This document shows positions 38,701 to 50,700 of a stretch of DNA of 64,000 bases, one piece after another (position 1 is the first letter of the stretch; each line of letters begins with the position of its first letter). Source of the stretch: a virus; IMG/VR virus record IMGVR_UViG_3300020438_005287, positions 5,661 to 69,660 of that record; one strand, 5' to 3'. A program made the position numbers and the translations under genes. The notes under the pieces are model-generated. The model did no database searches, had not been told where the DNA came from, and saw only the letters and a list, made by a program, of their open reading frames with translations.

Positions 38701-41700
38701 GTTTCCATTTGTAGTGCTAATAGTTACATCTCTTTCTATAAAAGTATGTACATGATCTACATATGTTGTATCATAAGTATCATATTCACCTGCAAACCAA
38801 TCAGCCTCGTCCCAGCCTGATTGTTTTCCAAAATCAAAACTTTTTACTTCTACTCCTCCATAATCAACACCATCCATAAGTTGACTAACATCTTTTCCAT
38901 ATTGTCCTACACTTGGATTATAAAATAAATTTATCCTATCTGCAGCAGATAATAAGTCAATATTCTTTTTGTATACGACTTTGATAATTTTACCACTTGC
39001 AGGAGGTAGTGTCAAAGTAATCCTTCCAAAATACCTGTTATAGGTTTTTGTAGCGTCGATTACGTTAGTATATGAATACTCAGATGTCAAAAGATCTATG
39101 TTATCAACTGTGACTGTAATATTATTTTTGTTAAGATCAATTGGCCAGGTTAAATCCAAAATATATTTTGAGCCTGATGCTGTAAAATTTTGTATAACAT
39201 TTAAATCGAGAATTTCAAATTGTCCTGATACACGATCAAACTTAATACCAGTCAATAAACTCCGCATACTTGGTTTGTCTAAAATAACACTTAGTTTTGC
39301 AGGTACACTATCTGGTTCTTGTGTGCCCTGAATTAAAATTTCAGGCGCTGCAAGATATCCATAGCCTGAATTTTTTACATTGACTGCTGTAATAACCCCA
39401 TTGCTTCCTAAGGAAACTTCTGCTTCTAAACCTGTGCCTGAAGTACTTGTAAACTTTAACTTAGGCACATTTTGATATCCTGTACCTCCGTCACTGACTT
39501 GAATTTCTTTTATGCCTACACCTATATTGTCTATCCAAGATTTTTCAGGATAACTTGTTAAAACATCACTGCCAGTTAACATGCCATTTTGATACTTTAT
39601 AGCAAACGGTTCAATACTATTTGTAATTGGATTAAATTGCGGAGCCAAATCAAAATCGGTTGTGAGTGTAGCTGTTGGTTCTAATTTTTCATATGAACTT
39701 ATATATTCCCTTATTTTTGCCTTAAATGGTTTTACTTCATTTACATATTCTTGGTATGAAGGTAAATTAGCATTATTGAAGGTAGAGTCTTCAACAAACT
39801 CTCCTACATTATGAATTGCTCTGACAAAACTGGTCTTGAAAATCCAATCAACATAATTTTGCTCAGCTAAAACATACCTTATGCTTGCAAAAAATAATTT
39901 ATTGTATTCTATTAGGAATTCATTTGTAAAAATATTGTCACGAATCGTTTCTATAATGGTGCGTATTTCAGTACTGGGTATACCATCATACATTTGAGTG
40001 TCAAAACTTATTAAATCGAAATTATTATAAGATACGCTACTATTATATAAACTTTCTTTAAATTTAATTGTACCAGACTGTCTGCCAATAGTTGAATAAT
40101 TTACCGTGTAATCAACATTAACTTGATTATCAATTTTAAGAAGTAGAAGCCATCCACCTGAGCCAATATAATTAATTTTTACAATATCACCTATATTATC
40201 TTCTAGACCGTACAATTGATAACTGTAATCAACATTATAATTTATTTCTGTAAAAGAATTATATCCTTGTTGATACCAATCAATGTATTCCCAATATAAA
40301 TTTACATTAAATCCTTGACTTTGTATTCTCTGCCATTTGTTTAATAAAATTTCTCTTTCATATATTGCCCATTTGTTGTTTAAACTTTCGTCATTCTCAA
40401 TAAGCACAGCGAATTTTCTTATCTGTATTTGTGTAGTTATAGGATAATTTTTTCCTTGATTAACAATAGTTACGCTGTTTAACGCTCCGTTTTCATTAAT
40501 AGTAAATTCTAATTCAGCATCGGTTCCATTTCCTACAATAGTATACGTAGGAACGACTAAATATCCTCTACCGGGATCAGTAATCACCACTTCAATTATT
40601 TTTCCATTTTGCGTGGTTGTACTTAAAACTGCTGGTTTAAAATTTGATACACCGTAGACATTTAAATCTTCAAGAGTGTCTAATTTTACATCATATACTC
40701 TACTAGTGCTTGCTGGATAAGGATCAGAAGTAGTTAAAGGAGTTAAATCTTTACTATCGATTATTAAACTGTTTTGCAATACACGGTTTACTCTTTCAAT
40801 ATATTGTTTTAAAGCTTCTTCACGATTGACAAACCAACTTTGTCTTGGCTTAAATAAATTACCGTATTTTTCCTTTTCTGGTAATGTATAGTCTGGTACA
40901 GGACGACCATAAGTGTCAAATCCCACTAAGCTATCTATCCATTTTTTATCAATGTTACTTTTTGGCTTGCTGGTGTAATTATCTGTAATAATGCTATATT
41001 GTGTATGTACATTTTGATTATGATTATCTGATGTATAATATTGAAAGCTTATTATGACATCTTTGTTTTCTAATAATTGTTCACAATTATATATCGCAAA
41101 TTTATCATTGTTTATTAGTCCAACAAATTGATATCCTTGATCGGCTGGATTCAATATAAGATTTGATACAGATTCTGAAGATAATGTTCTTCCTTCCCGT
41201 TGTGGGATTGTTTTTTTATTTTTTACCCAGTAAAAATACTTGTTACTAAAAGTTTGTGATATGCTATCATATTTCCGTATGCTACTATAAGCACTATCTC
41301 CATATTTCGTTGTGCCTGATATACCTTGTGATAATCCTTCGTTTGTATCCGCTAACGCATCCCATTGGCTTGGTAAGTAATCAGACTCCACCCATTCATA
41401 AATATCTGCTGTATTACTTAGAAAACTGTCTCCCCAATAATTTACTGCAAATGTAACATCCCCTTGGTAAGGATAATAAAATTTAGAATTATTCAAATCC
41501 CACCATAATTTTCCAACATTTTTTGCGTCCCATCTATCTGTCTGATCAACTCTCAAATTACCCATCGTAGCTGATGTGTAAACAGCAGGATCATAATACA
41601 GTTTATAAGATAAATTTTGTTCAGCAACGCCTGCAATTTTTCCTTGCAAAGGATCTATATAATCTAAATATTTTAATAATTTTTTTGTCTTTTTATTATA

Positions 41701-44700
41701 TAATATTATCCTTTTTATTTTTTTAACATCTACTGTATCTTTAGCATTCCGTATAGATTGATATATATCACCTGATATATTATAATCTAAAATTTTTCCT
41801 AATTTTCCTTCGCTATCTGTAATACTTGGCAATGATGTATAAATGTGATTGTTTATCAACAAACATGATCTACCAAAATAATATATTGGCGTGCTATCAC
41901 TAGTAGTATAAGATAATTGATCGCCATACACATATGTATTATTTGTCTTTTCATAAACATAAATTGTTCCATTGTCATCATTTTCATAAGCAAAATATGT
42001 AAATTGTTGATCTAACAAAGTTGTATTTTTATCAAATGTAGTTGTAACTTCTATACCACCATTTTTTGCATTTACAATAATTTTGTTTTTATCACAACTA
42101 ACTTTATATCCAAATAATTCAGCCTGTGTATTTTGAGGACTGTACAATGTTTGTTGTAATGTGAATACTCCATTTACTTGGCTATAAACATACACAGCAC
42201 CTTGATCTAATTTAATTGTGTCTGCAGCAGGAGCTCCTACAACAATTGTTGTTCCATCATTATTAATTGAAACACTCCTGCCATATTCTGCTGTAGCATC
42301 ATCAATTGTTAAATTTTGACTCCATTGGTAAAATCCGTTGTTGTTCCTATACACAGTAATTTTATTTGACATACTTGTGTATTTTGCCACAACAATTAAC
42401 ACTTCCCCATCATCACTAATATCAAAATCAGTGCCGAAATCATACATTTGAGTAGTATCTAGTGCACTATCTGTATCACTGTCATCACGCACGGTAAAAC
42501 TTGTTGTATTTGGTATAGATCCTACGTAATCAATCAAAGTATTGTTTAAAGACCAAGACTGTATATCAAATACTCCTGCAGTTATATTAGTTTTAGCTGT
42601 GTACAATTGCCCTGCTGAGGTATTGTCAATATATACAATATCGCCTGTCAAATAATTTGTACTTGTTGAAAATTCTCCTCTGAATTTTTTATTTTTAGCA
42701 AACTCCCATGCATATGTAATATTATTATCAACTCCGTCTTTAAAAAAATACATTTTTCCAGCTTCGGATACTGTTTCACCATCAGATGCTAATATAAAAC
42801 CACGTCTTAAATTTTTATATGATGTAACTTTAGATTTTGTTCCAAAATAATGATTACTTTTAAATTCTGATGGTAGTAAAATGCTTGTCAAAATAAAGTT
42901 AGCATTAGTTCTCTGGTATACGTAACATATTCCTAAATTTTGATAATTTGTTGCTGTAGCAGTGGAATCAACTTCTAATTTATATTTTGGAATCCATGAC
43001 AAACTTGTATCATTAGGTATTTGGATATTTTGAGTGACTCCAGATAAAGTAGTCTGCGTATAAAACCAGTACTCTAACCCTTTCAATTCTTGCAATAACT
43101 CACCAGTATTAGCATCTATAGTTTCCGCAAAAGGTTGATTTAACGGTCCTTGGAATACAAATAATTTTCCTATGCCAGCAGAATCGTAACCAAGAGATAC
43201 ACTTTTAATTTTTCCCAACGTCCTATCAACGGTATATATATTTGGTCTTCCTAGAAGATCTGGATTAGGCCCTGCAGCATATACTGTCATTTCTATTTCT
43301 TGTGTATCTCCAAAGTCTTCTCCAATGCTCCAAGTACCTATAACATTTCTTACATATATTCTGCACGAATTTCCATTTCTTTGATAATATAATACTTCAG
43401 CAGTTGCACCTGTATTACGGTCTCTAACAATTTGTCCAATATTATTTTGTGCTAAAGAATTTAATTGTAAATCTGAATTTTCTACAAAAACATATTTGGC
43501 TATGGGTTCAAACGGATTGCCATCATAAAAGAATTCTGTAATTTCGTAATCAATATAACCGTCCCATACGTCATATATTGTTTGCACTGCTGCAGTTGCA
43601 ACATTGTTTGGAATAGAAATGTCACTCGGTTGTATTAAAGGAGTAATAACTGGCAATGATACTGGTTTAATATCTACATCACCACTTTGGCTACCAATTA
43701 ACCTGTCAGCAAAATTAAAAGTTGTACTAGATACTGCTACTAGTTCAATAGTATATTCTCTAGCATTAATTGGACTTAGTTCGTCAACAACGACATTTGT
43801 ACTATAAACCTGCGCTGATGCACCTGTGTTTTCTTGTGTTAATGTTTCTCCTACAACTAAAGTTGGCGGAAGATTAATACTTATATTCTTAACTTTAAGA
43901 GTACTTACAGTTTTTGCAAGATTATTAAAATAGATAGCAAAGCTATCTCCTACAGTTTTGCTATCACTTAATGCCTTTGGAACTCTTAACATCCAATAAG
44001 AAGAAATAGGTTTTACCGTTGAATTAAACGGACCAATACCAGATTGCCCACTAATTTTCACTAATAAACTATGATCAGTGTTGAAACTGTTGGATATCAC
44101 AGTTTTTGTGTCCAACACATTATAATAATATCGTGTCGAAGTAGTATTTTGTCTAATTATATCAGTAATTACTAATCCCCTACCACTATCATTTATTGTT
44201 GGAGTTTGTGCAGATATATTGTAAGTTTGTTGTACTCCGTTACTGTCGTTTGGCATAGGAATCATCAAATAACCAAACAAATAAGCACTTGTATCCGTTG
44301 TTTCTGTTGGAGCTTGAACTACATAAGTTCCTATTAAAGTATCAGTTCCTATACTAATATCTTTAACTGGTTCACTAGTGAAATTGCCACTTACATCATT
44401 TATATACATTGTAACATCTGATCCTAACTGGTGTCGATAGGCTATTCTTCCTGCAGAGTTACCTGAGGTTACTACATCTCCTGCTACTGGCAAATTAATA
44501 TAATTATTAACTGTTAGAATTGTTTCTACTTTTGCAGTAATAGTATGCGTTCCGTCAATGTGTGTTTCATTGAAATTACTTACAGTGCCGTTAAACGGCT
44601 GTCGTGATAATAAACTGGTTTGAGTTTGATTAGCATTAGTTAACTGATTCCAATTCAGTACGATAGTGTCATTTATTGTAATAGCATCATAAACATTTTT

Positions 44701-47700
44701 TGGTGCTTTAATTAAATAATGATCAATAGTATTTGTTTGACTAGATGATTCTGTAAAAGGATAATTGCCTGTCAATAAGAATGGAATATCTTCGCTACCA
44801 CTTGCATCTAATCCTATACTTGTAAATATATCGTTATAATTTTGAAAACTGCTAAATGTAATGTTAGACAAATCTTGTACAAAATTTGATCTTGCTGCCC
44901 AAAAACGATTTGCGTAGGACACAACATCGTCTGCATTATATGATGCTGTAGTTGAATATGAACCTATAAACTTTGTCTTAACATTACTAGCTGTTGGTGC
45001 ACCAACTATTAAGTATCTGCCATCTGCAGATAAACACACACTACGTCCATAACTTTGACTAGTAGCAATATCTAAATTTGGTTCTAAAATTTCACTTAAT
45101 TGCCATGCTTGATTCTGAGCTGCTCGATTATAAATATAAACTTTACCATTACCATCATTTTCTGCTCCTATTACTAAAATTGTATTTCTGCTTTCAACAT
45201 CATATGAGTTAGCAAATTTTGTAGATCCGGACTCAGGGTTGGTAACTTCATATCCTTCTACGAAATTATTTTGATTTTGTAATACTGTCCATTTTTCATT
45301 GCCATCTTTATCAATCCAGATTTTATCATTTTTATCAAGATGATTTTCAGCCAATCTATTAGCCTTCTCAAAGTCAGCTACTCTTACACTATTAAAAATT
45401 CCAAATATACCCGTACAGGAACCAAATTTTTCACTACCTACTAAGCCTACAAATGTTGAAGTACTCTCAAACTCGATCACATTTAAAATAATACTTTTGA
45501 TTTTAAAAAAACCTTGAACTATTGATTTACTAAACGAACTATTTGCAGAATCATCATAATTTATTTTGGTTATTTGTTGTATATAAACAATATCATTAAT
45601 TTGTAAATTTATCGGCGTCTCGGTTAATTCTACACCAAATGTATCAGTAGAATGATCAAATGTAACAATATTGTCTATGATATATTCTGCATTTTTGAAT
45701 TTGTAAACATTCCAAGACTTATCTACGTTTCCGACCCAAACATAATCATTAATTTTTAATAAGGTTGGATCAATAGTTAATATATCATCATATGTACCAA
45801 GTATATGTGTAACATCGTCTGGATGGACATAACCACTATTTTTTACATAAGTGTTTTGTATATATGTTGTTGGAAACGGTTTGTGATCATAACCAACTGG
45901 AGCTGTGTATACTTCATATTTTGGTATTCTGTATATTAAATCTGTTTCTCTCCCTGTAATATAATCAGTTAATAATATAGGTTGTGGAGTAAGCTTGAAT
46001 TTATCTTCATCTAAAATATATTCAACTTCTTCAAATGTATCTGTTGCTCCGTATTGACCATCTCTAATAGCCCATTCTTCATAAAATTCTAAGCTATCTT
46101 TATTTGCACTTGCAAGTACATCAAATAATTTTGTGAGACTGTTCCTAGTGCCTTTTTCTTGGATATAACCTTGATAAAATTTGTACTGACTAACATCATC
46201 ATTGATAATATTCTGTAAATACTTTCTTTTTTGATAGCCAATCAGATGCTGTGCCATTTTTTGCTGCTCACTATCAAAATTATCGCTATCAAGACTATAA
46301 AAATCTGTAAATTGTTTAACCTTATAGTCAAAATTTGGTAACAGACTAGATTCAGGAGGAGCATCAAGTTGATACCATTCCTTTGAATCAAACAAAAGTG
46401 AACCAGCAATTTTACGTCTGGCTATATAATAAAATTCTTTATGTTTTACTAATGATCCTATAGCATAATCATTCCACTGTTTCCATTCGGTTAATGTTGC
46501 ATCATCATACACAAATCCGGAAAGATTTACAGAACCGTTCCATCCAGCTGTTCTATAACCAGCCACTTTAATTCTATCTTGCCGATATCCAGGTGTAATG
46601 TTGTATATGGTATCATTAAAGTCTGTTTTGTTATCTAGTAATACTGTGTGCTCTGTTGTAATTAAAGGTAACTTTATAAGATATATCCCGCTGGTTGTAT
46701 TAATTACTTCAGCACTAAAAGTATTGTCATCATCTTTGAAAAACCTTAAATTTTCTTTTCCTAATGTCTTACCATTTGCCTTCAATATACTGTAATTGTT
46801 CCTATTACTAATTACATTACCTACAGTAAAATTTGGATCCTGAAAATTTATCTTTCCTGCTCCTGGACTTAATGAAATTACAGCTCCTGCAGCCCAATTT
46901 TGTGTGGTCCAAAACACAAATTGATTAGCAGATAAAAACCAATCTGATACTTCATAAACATTTTCATTAAATGTTGAAAATGAAAATCCTTGTAATTCTA
47001 AATATTGCCCATATCCTAATAAAAAATCAACAACATCTTGAATTTCAGTAAATAAGGTATCATAGTTGAGTGTGCTAACATTGTCCTCAAATACTTTCCT
47101 ATAAGTCAAAGCAACTCCGCCTTGCGTAGGTAATTCTGGCAATTCGACAAATTTAGTAAGATCAATTTCTCCAGTAGAAGTATGTGTTTCTATGCACCTA
47201 TAAAATTTAGAATTTAAAGAATTTTTTACAATAGTATCTGTTGCGTAAAATTTATTTACATCCCACGTAATAAATGCGGCACTTACTCCGCCTACATTAA
47301 TAACTGGATCAGTGGTTTTAGGAATAGGCTTATGGTATTTAAAATTAGGCAAAACACTGTCATATCCTTTGACATAAAATCCAGCTGCTTGCTTTTCTAT
47401 AATTACTCCGCTATATACTATTTCTTTGACAACTGCACTTGAATTCGAGAAAATTTTGTAGTTATTCTCAGGAATAAAAACATTGCCTTGATTTAGAGGT
47501 GTACGACTATCTAGTATAATTTTAAATTTTTCTTTTTCTGTAAAACCTCCTATCTTAAAAGCTAGTTGATTTGTTATAGACTTTATTTCTTCTTTATATT
47601 CTTCAATAGACTCACTAAATTCTTGATTTTTGTATTCTATAATATAATTAATTAAACCACTAGTGTAAACTTCATTCGTATCTTTCACTGTGTTTGGAAA

Positions 47701-50700
47701 AATTAAATTAGATAATTTAATAAAAGTGCCAAGCGTATCACCATAAACAAGTTGTCCAGCAATATTTCTTTTTTGTCTGCTCCGATCAAAAGCTGTAGCA
47801 AATACTTTACAAGGCTTATTAATAATAAAACTTTTTAAAAGACTAAAAGGATAATCACTACTATGTCTCCATGCATTTTCTATAGGTGCGCCGTCTCCAA
47901 ACTTAAAACCATCTTGTAAGAATCTATTTGTAATTTGATATGGTAAGTTTGCTTGACTAGGTGACCTTAAATTTCCATCAGCATCAACAGGTATTTTTTC
48001 CAGTAAATCTGGTCTTATATATTTTGAATTAATTGTAAAAGTAGGTTGACGTATAATTCCTTTAGATAAATCTTCCCACATAATTAAATTATTAGAAGTA
48101 TAAGGAGGCTTTCCGTATTGTGTTTGCCACCAACTTGGTTCTTGACTAAATCCTAACATTTCCCAAGGATGTGTGTTAGGTCTATCAGTGTCATATACAT
48201 ATCTATAAATTTGATTTATCCAACCTGGCATCGATTCAGCATTACTAAACGATAATGTACCATAATTATATGTTGAAGAATTATTTAAATCAAAATATAT
48301 ATTATCAGAATACTTACCATTTACCAACTGTGTCCAATCAATAAAATCACTTAGCAAAGCGTTATTTAATTTTTTTGCAGGTCCGCCTACTTTACGATAT
48401 AAACCATCAATAAAATCATTTATATCAAAGAAAGTAGTATCATAATGCATTTTACAATTATTATATATTCTCTTTTCTAATTCTAATAATAAATTATCCT
48501 TATAATCAAGGAACGCTGGTATCCTACTACCATCGTGTCCCTGTATAATCACTATACCTTCATCCCATTTTTCATAATCATTTGATTCATACTGACCTAT
48601 ATTTTGATCTGTTGTTGGCATAAAAAATGGTCTATCTAGTCCTTCAAACTTATATAGTACGGCCTGTCCTGATCCACCTAATGCTGTATCTTTATTCTTT
48701 GCGTCTAAAATGTTTGTATAACAAGGATAAGCCCATCCTGCTGAATCACTGTTATATTGATTGCCTACAGGTTGGCCATAGATTTGAAAAGGCTTTACAG
48801 AATATGAAAACGAATATCCGCTATCAACATACCCAATTTCTGCATACGTATCAGCCTGATTTACTGTTGGATTATTTTGCCCATTATTACCTATAAATGT
48901 ATCAATATAGATTTTAGGAGTAAATTTAGGATATAGACCTAATTTAGTTGGTGTTGGCGGAATATAACTTCCATGTGTAGAGTCGTATTCGTAAATTTCT
49001 ATTACATCATCCACTTGCTTGTAACCAGTATAAACAACAAATCCGTCTACATCAAATGTATAATCTATCCCATATAATGATAAATTGCCATTCCGATATA
49101 CAGACACAGCTCTTTTGCCTAATTCACTTTGTGAAAAAACTTGATTCAGTGGAAAGTATGTTTGATCAGTATCAACAAGTGTAGTGCTACTTGTTAGAAC
49201 TCCTACTTGTGGTAACATATCACTGAAATAAAATGGCATATCACTTGTTTTATCAATATTCATTTGTGCAATAATATTATCAACATGCGGTTTAGTCCTA
49301 CCGTCAAATCCTAAAGTATCAGCAGTAGTCAAAAAATTACGTTTAAACTTACTGTATTCTGTCTTAGCAAAATTTACCGCACTTATCACATTAGAAGATT
49401 CATTGCTCAAATGATATGATACTAAATTAAATAAAGCACTATGAGCTTGAAATTTCTTTCCATATTTTGAAATTTCTCCTAAATCTCTAATATTACTCAA
49501 ACCAGGATATACACCATCAAAATTATCAATCTCCTCAACAATTGTGCTTAAATGATCATTTACTTCTCCTAAAGTAAAATCTGTAAGATTATTATTCAAA
49601 GGGTTTTTTTCTAGATTTCCAGGTATTTCATAATATCCATTATTATTTTTTTGATACTTTGATCGTATTTTAATTAAAATTACATCACCTTGTTTACAAC
49701 TAGGTAAAAACTGCAAAAACTTTCTGTCATTTGCATTTGCATATATCACATAATCTGTGTCCTTTTTTTGAATAACATTGTTTTTATAAATTCTATACCA
49801 TGCATGATCTAAAAAATCAGTCTCGTCATACATGTCTAAAGCAAAATACTCCTGATTTTCGGCTGCTATTTCTTGTTTTATAACATTCTGTGAACTATCA
49901 AATTCCCCAATTGCCCATCCATTACTTAATTGATATTGTGTTCTGTCATTGTAGATACGCACAAACCCTTGGTCAGTAGACTGTGTTAGCACTTGATTAC
50001 TGCTGTTATACACAAAACTTTTAGTTACTAAGTCAAAAGAAAACACAATATCTCCAGTGTTAACTATGTTTTTGTATAAAACTGGAAAGCCTAATTCTTC
50101 ATCATTTGTTCCTACAGCATCTGCATAACAAAATATTTTATTGCCATTGAATTGAGAATATTGGTAGTTAACAGAATCATTGAATTGTATATCTGTCCCA
50201 TCATACATATCAAATAAAGGAGACTGATTAACTTTTGTTTTTGCTTGGGCAGTTTTCCATTGCGTTCCATTGTAGTAGAAAATTTTTCCGCCATTTAATG
50301 TACCTTTAGTAACAAGTACAGTTTCGTCAATCAAAGGATCTGTATCTTCATCTTCTATTAAAGTTATCTGTGTTCTGTTATTAACTGTTAATAATTTTAC
50401 TTTATATATTTTTCCATAAACCATTGGATCCGTATCGGCCACAAACATAATTCTCATACCAGCTACTAGGTCTACAGAATCTATGTTATATCCAAGTGAT
50501 CCTTCTACAATAGAAAAGGCATCTGTAGTAAAAGTATCAATTAAGTCTATACTTTGTTTAGCATGTGTGCCAAAATTGTGTAATCTTATCCCATCATTAA
50601 ATTCTATAATAGGTCTTTTAGCCCGTGCAGCTTGATCTAAAACAAATGCCTGTCCATTTAATTCTAATGATTTTTTTATTACATCTTTATGGATCCATCG

